The notes beneath the pieces are model-generated. The model was not told the DNA's origin and made no database searches. It worked only from the letters and a program-made list of their open reading frames with translations. Both the position numbers and the translations under genes were made by a program. A stretch of 57,526 bases of DNA, from contig CAYXEB010000001.1 of NCBI GenBank assembly GCA_964463835.1, forward strand, positions 1-57,526. Reading direction: 5' to 3'. This document shows, one piece after another, positions 38,720 to 48,147 of the stretch; positions within the stretch are counted from its first letter, which is position 1; each line of letters begins with the position of its first letter. The stretch comes from an uncultured Hellea sp. (GTDB lineage Bacteria > Pseudomonadota > Alphaproteobacteria > Caulobacterales > Maricaulaceae).

Positions 38720-39345
38720 TGCCCTATACCGAAACGGATTTCCTGCGTGATACAGATGTTTCACGTGAAACAATGCTGGATTATCAATGCTGGTATCAGC
38801 TTTTGTTAAAGTGGAATAAGAAAATTAATCTCGTATCTATGTCAGATCTCGAAAATTTTTGGCTCAGACATGCCTTGGATAGTTGGCAAATTACACAGCT
38901 AGTTCCGCAAACCGCCAAAACTTATATTGATTTAGGTTCAGGTGCGGGGTTTCCCGGAATCGCTTTAGCTATCGCTGCCAAATACAGAGAGGATGATTAT
39001 CATATCACTTTGGTCGAATCTGCTGGAAAGAAGACGAGTTTCTTGAAAGCTGTTATTCGAGAATTGAGTTTATCGGCCACAGCGACGTCACAGCGCGCTG
39101 AAACAATTGACTCCGAAATTTATAATGTGATTAGCGCAAGAGCTTTTGCGCCGCTCCACCGCCTTCTAAATTATGCACAGCCTTTTTGGGGGAATGACAC
39201 TATCGGCTTGTTTTTAAAGGGTCAGAACGTTGACCAAGAATTGACCTTGGCTAATAAAACATGGAACTATAACGTGGAAACAGCTCCAAGCCTGTCGTCT
39301 TCAACGGGATGTATTCTCAAAGTTACAGGCTTGACCCCAAGATAG
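38719..39345 (+). CDS. rsmG: 16S rRNA m7G527 methyltransferase RsmG (GidB)
   Basis: VSRET, WNKKINL, RHALDS, DLGSGAGFPG, ARAFA. Confidence 0.95.
   Translation: MPYTETDFLRDTDVSRETMLDYQCWYQLLLKWNKKINLVSMSDLENFWLRHALDSWQITQLVPQTAKTYIDLGSGAGFPGIALAIAAKYREDDYHITLVESAGKKTSFLKAVIRELSLSATATSQRAETIDSEIYNVISARAFAPLHRLLNYAQPFWGNDTIGLFLKGQNVDQELTLANKTWNYNVETAPSLSSSTGCILKVTGLTPR
38757..38772. promoter_or_regulatory. parS site 3 (inside rsmG)
   Basis: Perfect TGTTTCACGTGAAACA, read in frame as part of DVSRET. Confidence 0.92.
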
Positions 39346-39356
39346 ACGGAGCATTG

Positions 39357-40139
39357 ATGGCCAATAAAACGAGAATTATCGCTGTTGTGAATCAAAAAGG
39401 CGGCGTTGGGAAAACAACATCAGCGATAAATCTTGCAGCGGCTCTTACTTTAAAAGGTAAGAAAATTTTGCTCATTGATATGGATCCGCAAGGGAATGCT
39501 GCAACAGGCCTGGGGATTCCAAGGTCTTCACGTGACGTAACAATCTATGATGTTTTGGTCGAGGGGGAAAAGCTCTCAGAGGCAACCTTGGAAACAACCG
39601 TACCAGGTTTAAATATAATTCCCTCGCATGCAGACCTCGCAGGCGCTGAAATTGAGATTGGGAATAGGGCAGGGCGAACAATGATTTTGCGAGAGGCCAT
39701 TGAAAATGACCCTGCGCAATATGACTATATTTTAGTGGATTGTCCGCCGTCCTTAAATTTGTTGACGGTTAATGCTTTGTCGGCATCCCGCTCCGTATTG
39801 GTGCCGCTCCAATGTGAGTTTTTTGCGTTAGAGGGATTAAGCCAACTCTTGCAGACCATCGAAATGGCTAAGGCCCGTATTAACCCGAACCTTGTGATAG
39901 ATGGAGTTATGCTGACTATGTATGATCCACGCAACCGCCTATCTGCGCAAGTCGCGGTTGATGTTCGAAAACATTTGGGACGTGCGGTCTTTCAAACCAT
40001 CATACCGAGGAATGTCAGAATTGCTGAAGCGCCTTCATTTGGTAAGCCTGTTTTGATGTATGATAGGAATTGCGCGGGCTCCAAGGCCTATATGGCGTTA
40101 GCCGATGAAATGTTATCACGGCATGCAAGGTTAAAATAA
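39357..40139 (+). CDS. parA: chromosome partitioning ATPase ParA
   Basis: ATG at 39357 with GGAG SD; NQKGGVGKTT, DMDPQGNA, DCPPSL, EAPSFG. Confidence 0.96.
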   Translation: MANKTRIIAVVNQKGGVGKTTSAINLAAALTLKGKKILLIDMDPQGNAATGLGIPRSSRDVTIYDVLVEGEKLSEATLETTVPGLNIIPSHADLAGAEIEIGNRAGRTMILREAIENDPAQYDYILVDCPPSLNLLTVNALSASRSVLVPLQCEFFALEGLSQLLQTIEMAKARINPNLVIDGVMLTMYDPRNRLSAQVAVDVRKHLGRAVFQTIIPRNVRIAEAPSFGKPVLMYDRNCAGSKAYMALADEMLSRHARLK

Positions 40140-40171
40140 AATTTTATCATATATATCAATAGGTTAGAATT

Positions 40172-41140
40172 ATGGTTAAGAAGTCAGATAAGAAAATAAA
40201 TGAACGCGGTCTTGGGCGAGGCCTATCAGCCTTAATGTCAGATATTAGCGTCCCGAATATCGTGGAAGATAATAAACAAGATAATCAAGGCGTTATAAAG
40301 CCGACAGCTAGTCAAACATTCATGCCCTCATATTCGGAGACGCCGCAATCAAATGGGGCGACTTATGTGAGCATAGATCAGCTTGAGCGAAATCCAGATC
40401 AACCCCGTAAATTTTTCGATGCTGAAAAACTTAATGAGCTTACGCAATCCATTAGAGATAAGGGCGTTTTGCAGCCCATATTAGTCCGGCCTTTATCCGA
40501 ACCAAGCGAGGGAAAAAAGGCCCGCTATCAGATTGTTGCAGGTGAGAGGCGCTGGCAAGCGGCTTTGAAGGCCCAGCTCGATGCCATGCCGGTTCTTATT
40601 CGAAAATTATCGGATCAAGAGGTTTTAGAAATAGGGGTTGTTGAAAATGTCCAGCGGGCTGACTTAAACCCGATTGAGGAAGCTCAAGCCTATAAGGCGC
40701 TATCTGATCAATTCAAACGCACGCAGGAAGATATTGCGCAGGCCGTTGGCAAATCCCGCCCGCATGTCACAAATATGCTTCGACTCTTAACTTTGCCAGA
40801 GCGGGCCCAAACTTATCTTGCAAAAGGTCAAATAACGGCGGGCCATGCCCGGGCTATTATCGCCGCTCCAGACCCTACCGAACTTGCCGATGTTATTGTT
40901 CAAAAAGGGTTGTCCGTTAGAGAAGCCGAAGATTGGGTTCGCCGCATAAAGGCCGCAGATGGCCAAATAACGAAAGTACCGAGCCAAAAAGATGCGGATA
41001 CACGTAAGGTCGAAAGTGAATTATCCGATATTCTTGGTTTAAAAACGGACCTAAGACATCAAGGGCCGGGCGGGGAATTACGTTTAAAATATAAAACTTC
41101 AGCTCAATTAGAATTACTAATCAAGAAGCTGAAAATGTAG
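40172..41140 (+). CDS. parB: chromosome partitioning protein ParB
   Basis: GLGRGLSAL, QPRK, AGERRWQA, ENVQRADL, HTH region GKSRPHVTNMLRLL. Confidence 0.97.
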   Translation: MVKKSDKKINERGLGRGLSALMSDISVPNIVEDNKQDNQGVIKPTASQTFMPSYSETPQSNGATYVSIDQLERNPDQPRKFFDAEKLNELTQSIRDKGVLQPILVRPLSEPSEGKKARYQIVAGERRWQAALKAQLDAMPVLIRKLSDQEVLEIGVVENVQRADLNPIEEAQAYKALSDQFKRTQEDIAQAVGKSRPHVTNMLRLLTLPERAQTYLAKGQITAGHARAIIAAPDPTELADVIVQKGLSVREAEDWVRRIKAADGQITKVPSQKDADTRKVESELSDILGLKTDLRHQGPGGELRLKYKTSAQLELLIKKLKM

Positions 41141-41219
41141 GTTTGCGTTAGCTCTATTTTCTTTCTTTTCTTTTTTACCCAAATCAGATTACAACCCCAG
41201 AAACGTTATGGAGATCTAG

Positions 41220-42104
41220 GTGGCAGACCTATTTACAATCGAAGCCCTATTTACCCTTTTTATGCTTATCTTGCTTCAAGCCGTCTTAGGCTTCGATAAC
41301 CTTCTCTACATTGCCATTGAAAGTAATAAAGTCGGCGACCCCAAGGATGCCAAAAAAGTTCGACAATGGGGAATTGGCATTGCCGTAGTGTTTAGGATTC
41401 TCCTTCTCTTTATAATTGTTGGGTTATTTGGATATTTAGCGGAGCCCCTTTTTGACGTCCACCTCAAGAAATTTATCGAGGGTGAATTCACCATGCAGGC
41501 TCTTGTGACCTTACTAGGCGGTGGATTTATTATCTATACGGCGGTTAAAGAAATTCATCATTTGCTTTCAGTAGACCATATTGAACATTCAGAAGGATCT
41601 GGCAGGCGTTCCGTCGCTAAAGCGATTGCGTTAATTGTTTTGATGAACCTGGTCTTTTCGGTGGACTCTATTTTATCAGCTATGGCTATTGCATCCGAAA
41701 AAGCGGCCGATGGAACTGTGACCTATCAAGTGCCTCTTATGGTTATTGCTATTGTGATTTCAGGCCTTGCGATGATTTTTATGGCCGATGCTGTGACAGA
41801 ATTTTTAAAGAAAAACCGAATGTACGAAGTTTTGGGATTATTTATTTTATTCCTTGTGGGCGTATTATTAGTCACTGAGGGCGCTCATTTGGCCCATCTT
41901 AAACTCTTTGGCTTCCCAATTGATGCGATGAGTAAATCAAGCTTCTACTTGGTCGTTGGTGTATTGGTGATTACCGATATTCTATCTAATAGATATCAGA
42001 AACGTTTATGGGCACAAAAAGAGGCTGAAATTCGCGGAACATCTGAGACAGCAGGCCTTGAGGCTGTTGATGCGTTTAAGAATAAATCAAAGGCCAAACA
42101 CTGA
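41220..42104 (+). CDS. TerC family membrane protein
   Basis: LGFDNLLYI, NLVFSVDSILSA. Confidence 0.88.
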   Translation: MADLFTIEALFTLFMLILLQAVLGFDNLLYIAIESNKVGDPKDAKKVRQWGIGIAVVFRILLLFIIVGLFGYLAEPLFDVHLKKFIEGEFTMQALVTLLGGGFIIYTAVKEIHHLLSVDHIEHSEGSGRRSVAKAIALIVLMNLVFSVDSILSAMAIASEKAADGTVTYQVPLMVIAIVISGLAMIFMADAVTEFLKKNRMYEVLGLFILFLVGVLLVTEGAHLAHLKLFGFPIDAMSKSSFYLVVGVLVITDILSNRYQKRLWAQKEAEIRGTSETAGLEAVDAFKNKSKAKH

Positions 42105-42182
42105 TCATTGTTTTATTTTAAAATTATCATAAAACCTTAAGCCTTAAGCTGTATGTGGCATATCATTGATAGTAAGATATGA

Positions 42183-43724
42183 GTGCCCCCAATGACAAAT
42201 TTAAATAGCCGGACGCCTAAGCCTTCAATAGCGACAAACACTATTGAGTTTGAAACGCAGCCTTTAATAAAACCGACTGGTTTTAGAGAATATGACGCAC
42301 GCTGGTATTTTGGTTTGCCTGGCGATGAGAAGCCTTCGGAATTAAACTTATATGGCGTTCAAGCTTTAGGCCAGGGCTTAGGGACTTTAATGTATGAGCG
42401 GGGCGTAGACCCTAAGATAGCTGTTGGCCATGATTTTCGGCATTACTCTTTAGGCATTAAACAGGCTTTGATGTTGGGCCTTATCAACGCTGGTATTGAG
42501 GTGTTAGATATTGGCCTTGCGCTGTCGCCTTCGGCCTATTTTGCTCAATTTCATCTAAATTGCCCGGGCGTGGCTATGGTCACGGCGAGCCATAACTCAA
42601 ATGGCTGGACAGGGGTTAAGATGGGTATTGAACCTCCTCTAACTTTTGGCCCCGATGAAATGAGTCGATTAAAAGAAATCGTTCTGGGGTGCCAAAGCCA
42701 GGTTAGGGCAGGGGGTTCTTATAAATATGTTGATGGCGTTAGGCAGGCCTTCATAGACGATTTGGCAGAAGGTATTCAGCTTAAAAATAAAATCAAAGTC
42801 GTTGCGGCTTGCGGAAATGGTACCGCCGGAGCTTTCGCCGAAGAAGTTTTAACCCGTATTGGCGCGGAAGTTGTCGCCGTAGAATGTGACCTTGACTATA
42901 CTTTCCCAAATTATAACCCCAATCCAGAAGATATGAAAATGCTTCACGCGATGCGAGATAGCTGTCTTGAACATAAGGCCGATGTTGCTCTCGGCTTTGA
43001 TGGCGATGGCGATCGATGCGGCGTCGTTGATAATGAGGGTGAAGAGATATTTGCTGACAAAGTTGGCGTGATGTTAGCGCGTGATTTATCTGCGCTTTAT
43101 CCCAACGCGCAATTCGTTGCCGATGTGAAATCAACGGGCTTATTCATGACTGATCCCGTCTTGGTAAAAAATGGGGCCAAAACAGATTATTACAAAACGG
43201 GTCATTCCTATATTAAACGACGTTCGAAAGAACTCGACGCCTTAGTCGGGTTTGAAAAATCAGGCCACTACTTTTTTAATAAGCCAATCGGAAGAGGCTA
43301 TGATTGCGGATTGACCTCGGCCATAGCTATTTTGCAAATGCTGGACCGAAACCCGGATAAATCAATGGCAGATTTACGTCGAGCGTTGCCAAAGACATGG
43401 GGAAGTCCAACGATGTCCCCTTATTGTGCAGATGAAGAAAAATATGCTGTCGTTGATAGAATTATCAACGATGTTCAAACAGATGTTGCGGCAGGTATGA
43501 CAATCTTGGGTCAAAAAATAGTTGATGTTAATACGGTCAATGGTGTTCGCATGACACTTGAAGATGGGACTTGGGGACTTATGCGCGCAAGTTCTAATAC
43601 CCCTAATCTTGTTGTTGTTGTCGAAAGCCCTGCGTCTGAAGAAAATATGATAGGCATGTTCCGCGAGATTGAAAAACGTTTATCAAAACATGATGAAATT
43701 GGTGAGTTCGACCAAAAGATATAG
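42183..43724 (+). CDS. phosphomannomutase/phosphoglucomutase (AlgC/ExoC-like)
   Basis: FREYDAR, TASHN, DGDGDR, EKSGH, RASSN. Confidence 0.93.
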   Translation: MPPMTNLNSRTPKPSIATNTIEFETQPLIKPTGFREYDARWYFGLPGDEKPSELNLYGVQALGQGLGTLMYERGVDPKIAVGHDFRHYSLGIKQALMLGLINAGIEVLDIGLALSPSAYFAQFHLNCPGVAMVTASHNSNGWTGVKMGIEPPLTFGPDEMSRLKEIVLGCQSQVRAGGSYKYVDGVRQAFIDDLAEGIQLKNKIKVVAACGNGTAGAFAEEVLTRIGAEVVAVECDLDYTFPNYNPNPEDMKMLHAMRDSCLEHKADVALGFDGDGDRCGVVDNEGEEIFADKVGVMLARDLSALYPNAQFVADVKSTGLFMTDPVLVKNGAKTDYYKTGHSYIKRRSKELDALVGFEKSGHYFFNKPIGRGYDCGLTSAIAILQMLDRNPDKSMADLRRALPKTWGSPTMSPYCADEEKYAVVDRIINDVQTDVAAGMTILGQKIVDVNTVNGVRMTLEDGTWGLMRASSNTPNLVVVVESPASEENMIGMFREIEKRLSKHDEIGEFDQKI

Positions 43725-43732
43725 CTTTAAGA

Positions 43733-43761
43733 CTTGCGGTTTTCCGCGTCATACCCCATCT
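43733..43761 (+). promoter_or_regulatory. RpoH (sigma32) promoter of hslO
   Basis: CTTG-N17-CCCCATCT, ending 7 nt before the ATG. Confidence 0.7.
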
Positions 43762-43768
43762 GCCAGCC

Positions 43769-44671
43769 ATGAGTTTGCTTGATGATAAAACAGATAATCT
43801 TATTACGGTTTTCCAGCTAGACGGTCAGCCCGTTAGGGGCCGAATAATTCGATTAGGTGGCGCGCTTAATCAGGCGATTGGTACTCGATATCCTGAGATT
43901 GTGGCTAGAATCCTAGGCGAAGCTATGACTTTGGCGGCAATTGTCGCTTTATCGCTAAAATTTAAAGGCCGTCTCCTTATTCAATGCCACGGTACGAATG
44001 AAGGCGCTATTAGTTTACTTTTAGCCGATTGCACAACGGACGGGGCCATACGCGGGTATGCGAGGTGGGATGAGCAAAGCTTGAAAGAGATAGAATTGGA
44101 TAACCGAAACCCGGGCGCGCAAACTTTGCTCGGCGGGGGTACTTTTTCTATGACCATTGATCAAGGGACAAAAATGGATCAATATCAAGGCCTTGCCGCG
44201 ATTGAGGGCGAGCGATTATCCGAATGCGCGGAACATTATTTCGCCCAGTCAGAGCAAGTCCCGACCCATATCCGTTTAGCTTGCGGTCAGATGCAAAATC
44301 CTGGCGAGCCTATGTCTTGGCGCGGCGGAGGGATAATGATTCAAAAAATCGCCGACGATGAATTAAGGGGTGAAACAAAAAATGCCTGGGTTACTGCTCA
44401 GTCATTATTTGGAACTGTCTCGGACGAAGAATTAATAGACCCAGATCTTGAATCGAATACTTTATTATATAGGCTATTTCACGAAGACGGCGTTCGGGCC
44501 CTTCAAACGACTTCCGTCGAAGCTAAGTGTACGTGTTCGCGAACCCGTTTAAGAAATACTCTAAAATCTTTCGACGCTAAGGCTTTAGATGACATGGCAG
44601 AAAATGGTGAAATTAAAGCAAATTGTGAATTTTGCGATACTGATTACGTCTTTGAGCTCGCCGCGCTTTAG
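43769..44671 (+). CDS. hslO: Hsp33 redox-regulated chaperone
   Basis: YFAQSEQVPT, GGGIMIQ, LYRLFHE, zinc motif CTCS...CEFC. Confidence 0.94.
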   Translation: MSLLDDKTDNLITVFQLDGQPVRGRIIRLGGALNQAIGTRYPEIVARILGEAMTLAAIVALSLKFKGRLLIQCHGTNEGAISLLLADCTTDGAIRGYARWDEQSLKEIELDNRNPGAQTLLGGGTFSMTIDQGTKMDQYQGLAAIEGERLSECAEHYFAQSEQVPTHIRLACGQMQNPGEPMSWRGGGIMIQKIADDELRGETKNAWVTAQSLFGTVSDEELIDPDLESNTLLYRLFHEDGVRALQTTSVEAKCTCSRTRLRNTLKSFDAKALDDMAENGEIKANCEFCDTDYVFELAAL

Positions 44672-46119
44672 ACGCGCCAAAACGCTGGGGTTAAAACAAC
44701 TAAAGCCGTAACGATCTCAAGGCGGCCAATAATCATAGCAATCAGCAGCACCCATTTAGCTTGATTAGACAAAGCTTCATAAGTTCCTGCGGGGCCAATT
44801 ATATCACCAAGGCCCGGTCCGACATTGGCCACGGCGCTACCCGCGCCTGACCAAGCTGTAACGGGATCAATACCAATGAGCGTCAAAATTATCGCTACCA
44901 CCGCAAAGGTCATAAAAAACAAGAAAAAATATCCCATGACTGAGTAAACCACAGCCTCAGGCAATGGTTTTCCGCCATACCTTAAAGGAACAACTGTATT
45001 TTGCCGGGGCATTTTGAAGAGATAACTACGAAGGGCTTCCAAGGCAACTTGGTATCTAAAAATCTTTATTGAGCAAGCCGTAGACCCCGCGCAACCCCCG
45101 ATGAACATGAAAATAAAAAATGCCGCCATCGCAAAAGGGCCCCAAGCATTATAATTTGTTGTAGCATAGCCTGTCCCGGTAACGATGGAGACGACATTAA
45201 AGGCAGATTGGCGTAAGGCCCTGGATTGCTCCATTTCGGAACTAACCCAGAGGTAAACCGTCATCATCAAGATTAAAATGGCGATTGTTGCGATAAACCC
45301 TCTGACCTGGGAATCCATAAAGGGGGCGCGCCAATCTCCGCGCGTCACAAGTAATAAATATATCCCAAAGGGCATGGCTCCCCCGAGCATAAAGGCTATA
45401 CAGACCAAGTCCGCTCCATTATCAACAAATCCGCCCATCGATGCATCAGATGTGGAATAACCCCCCGTCGCTAAAGTGGTCATGGCATGGGCAGCCGCGT
45501 CAAAACCGTTCATCCCTGTCACCATATAGCCGATCATGCACAAAACGGTTAAGCCAACATATATGCCCCCGATACCTGCCGCGAGAGAGGCTGCCCGAGG
45601 TAAAATTTTCTCGCCCATATCCGATGATTCAAGCCGGAAGAGCTGCATACCCCCGACTTTTAGCATTGGAAGAATGGCCATGGCTGTTACAATAATCCCG
45701 ATGCCGCCAATCCATTGCAGGATTGCCCGCCAGAGTAAAACGCCCTTTGGCATATCATCTAGCCCTGTTAAAATTGTAGACCCGGTAGTTGTAATGCCTG
45801 ACGTCGCTTCAAACATGGCATCAGTCAAAGTCAGATTCATGGGATCGAGCATAAATGGGAACGCGGCAAAGCCTGACAGAGCTACCCAGCTTAAAACCGT
45901 TAAAAGAAAAGCGCCGCGCGCTCTAAGGTTTGGTTTGGGAGTATAAGTTGCGAGAGCTAGCGCCGCGCCCAGTAGCGTTGTTAGAATACCTGAAATCCCA
46001 AAAGCGCGCCAAGACCTGTCATTATAGGCAAGGTCTACGCCCATAGGCGCAAACATAGCTATCCCTAAGGCGGCTATCATCAAGCCAATAACAAAAAAAA
46101 CAGGACGTAAATCCAGCAT
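44668..46119 (-). CDS. trkH: Trk potassium uptake membrane subunit
   Basis: FEATSGITTTG, QWIGGIG, GGCAGST, NVGPG, GRLE. Confidence 0.92.
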   Translation of the reverse strand: MLDLRPVFFVIGLMIAALGIAMFAPMGVDLAYNDRSWRAFGISGILTTLLGAALALATYTPKPNLRARGAFLLTVLSWVALSGFAAFPFMLDPMNLTLTDAMFEATSGITTTGSTILTGLDDMPKGVLLWRAILQWIGGIGIIVTAMAILPMLKVGGMQLFRLESSDMGEKILPRAASLAAGIGGIYVGLTVLCMIGYMVTGMNGFDAAAHAMTTLATGGYSTSDASMGGFVDNGADLVCIAFMLGGAMPFGIYLLLVTRGDWRAPFMDSQVRGFIATIAILILMMTVYLWVSSEMEQSRALRQSAFNVVSIVTGTGYATTNYNAWGPFAMAAFFIFMFIGGCAGSTACSIKIFRYQVALEALRSYLFKMPRQNTVVPLRYGGKPLPEAVVYSVMGYFFLFFMTFAVVAIILTLIGIDPVTAWSGAGSAVANVGPGLGDIIGPAGTYEALSNQAKWVLLIAMIIGRLEIVTALVVLTPAFWRV

Positions 46120-46190
46120 CACCACGCCTTATAACAGCATTGTCAATTATCAAATAGCTGTTTTCAATTAATTGCGTTTTAGCTATTAAT

Positions 46191-46862
46191 TTATTTTGTT
46201 TTTGACTTTCGTATGGCTTCGTTGATTTGACCTCTTAAAAGTGCGGTTTCAACAGATGTTGAATCATAAGCGAGTGAATTTTCAATATCCGTTTTGGCTT
46301 CGTTTAAACGCCCTTGTTGAAACCTCGTATCAGCCCTGTATCGTAGGGCCGCGGCGTGTTTTGGGTCGAACACTAAAACCGACGTTAGATCGGTTTCGGC
46401 ATAATCATAATATCCAGACATTGCATAAGCGCGCGCGCGCGCGATACGCAGGTCAATATGACCTACTTTCAGGGCCAAACCATCTGTTGCCGATTTATAT
46501 GCTCGGTCGGGTTTTTCCGCGATGAGCCAAAAATTTGCAGCTTCACTAAAGAAATCTGCCCGCATTTCAGCCGTGCCGCCATCTGACGCTTTAGCGAGAT
46601 TATCTAACCTATTAGCCGCTTCTGCTTCGTGACCTCGCGCGTATAGCGCCATTGCGACGCAGTGTTTTGCCCTGCGTCCGCCGCCATCATCTACCCAAAT
46701 CATTGCTTCCTCAAAAGCTAATTCACTATCCTCAGCGATTCGCTCTAAACAGTCTTGGTGTTTTTTATCAAATTGGTTGGTTAGATCTTCAGAATATGCG
46801 GTGAGGGGAGATGATATAACTATCACACCCAAAAACCCTAGGACTTGTCTATATAAATGCAT
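46191..46862 (-). CDS. exported TPR-repeat protein
   Basis: Signal peptide; helical repeats ARARAYA and ALRYRADTRFQQG. Confidence 0.75.
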   Translation of the reverse strand: MHLYRQVLGFLGVIVISSPLTAYSEDLTNQFDKKHQDCLERIAEDSELAFEEAMIWVDDGGGRRAKHCVAMALYARGHEAEAANRLDNLAKASDGGTAEMRADFFSEAANFWLIAEKPDRAYKSATDGLALKVGHIDLRIARARAYAMSGYYDYAETDLTSVLVFDPKHAAALRYRADTRFQQGRLNEAKTDIENSLAYDSTSVETALLRGQINEAIRKSKTK

Positions 46863-46895
46863 ATAGCTAACTAACCAATCACATGCAGAGCAGCA

Positions 46896-48074
46896 ATGGC
46901 CGTAAGCATTAAATCCCAGTCACAAAATAAGGGTGAAAAACAAGTTCTTCTCCTTGGCGCAGGTTATTGCGCGCGGGCGCTAATACCCTCATTTATAGCG
47001 CAAAATTATAAAGTCGTGGCGACAACTCGGAGCGAAACAAAAGCACAAGAACTTAAAAAGCTTGGGACCTCCCCGCTCATATATAAAGGTCAGAATACGC
47101 GGGAACTTAAGGAAAGTGTCGGTCAGAGTGAAATTATTCTGTCCTCTATTCCGCCAGAAAGCTCAGGAGATCCTTTCTTAAATGCCTGTCCGGCTTCAAT
47201 AGCAAAAATAATGAAAAATGTTCGGTGGGCAGGGTATTTATCGGCGACAAGTGTCTATGGTGACCGCAAAGGGGGGTGGGTTTACGAGGACGAATTATTA
47301 CGGCCGAAAACCCAAAGAGGAAAAAACCGGGCTACGGCTGAGATTCAATGGCTGGAAACAGGGCTACCGATACATGTCTTCCGTTTAGCAGGTATTTATG
47401 GCCCTGGGCGCTCAAATTTTGCGCGATTGCGCGAAGGGACTTCCCGAGCCGTTATAAAAACAGGACATGTCGTCAACCGAATTCATGTTGATGATATCGT
47501 GGACCTTATATTTAAGTCAATTAAGCGCCCTAATCCCGTAACTGTCTATAATGTTGCTGATGGGCACCCAGCGGCGCCTCAGGATGTTCTTAATTTTTCT
47601 GCCGATTTGATCGATGTTGAGCGTCCGCCTCAAATCAATCATAACTCTACCGAAATTTCTGACGTGGCCCGAAGTTTTTATACTGAAACAAAGAAGGTTG
47701 ATATTAGCCGTGCTCAAAGCGAGTTAGGTTGGACCCCGCATTATGACACGTATAGAAAAGGGTTGATGGCTATCTTAAAAAAGGAACATGGCCCTCAGGA
47801 TAGTGTATGGCTGAGCGGTGTTTTTAATGTCCCCAAAAAGGATCTTAAAAAAGTCATGAATTTCTTGCCGCGCCATATTCAGCTTAGCGCCGCAGAAAAC
47901 GGTTGTCTGTTCTTTCGTGTATCGCAAGACACACATAATCCCCATAATTTTAATGTTTTCGAGTGTTTTGACTCGGCTTTCTCTTATCAGAGGCATCAAA
48001 GCCGTGTTAAAAACAGTGAATGGTCTCAAGTAACGCAAAACTGTCAGCGAGATTATGATATCATTGGCTTATAG
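46896..48074 (+). CDS. atypical SDR/NAD-dependent epimerase (YeeZ-like) fused to a C-terminal ABM-like domain
   Basis: LGAGY, YLSATSVYGD, RLAGIYGPGR, RIHVDDI; then HIQLSAAENGCLFFRV...FNVFECF...HQSRVKNSEW. Confidence 0.8.
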   Translation: MAVSIKSQSQNKGEKQVLLLGAGYCARALIPSFIAQNYKVVATTRSETKAQELKKLGTSPLIYKGQNTRELKESVGQSEIILSSIPPESSGDPFLNACPASIAKIMKNVRWAGYLSATSVYGDRKGGWVYEDELLRPKTQRGKNRATAEIQWLETGLPIHVFRLAGIYGPGRSNFARLREGTSRAVIKTGHVVNRIHVDDIVDLIFKSIKRPNPVTVYNVADGHPAAPQDVLNFSADLIDVERPPQINHNSTEISDVARSFYTETKKVDISRAQSELGWTPHYDTYRKGLMAILKKEHGPQDSVWLSGVFNVPKKDLKKVMNFLPRHIQLSAAENGCLFFRVSQDTHNPHNFNVFECFDSAFSYQRHQSRVKNSEWSQVTQNCQRDYDIIGL

Positions 48075-48147
48075 TTTAAGAGGATAAATTTATCCTTGAT
48101 AACCGACAGTAAGCTGGCAATATTACGGTCAAGTCAGAAAGATTTTT

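Noticed and set aside
36720-38772. Identical 16-bp repeats as CRISPR repeats or IS ends
   Set aside because: Irregular spacing, no cas or transposase genes, and an exact match to the parS consensus.
39524-39539. Possible fourth parS in parA (GTCTTCACGTGACGTA)
   Set aside because: Only 10/16 match and both outer arms are broken.
41141-41219. yybP-ykoY (Mn) riboswitch before the TerC gene
   Set aside because: The gap is only 79 bp, pyrimidine-rich and shows no suitable helices.
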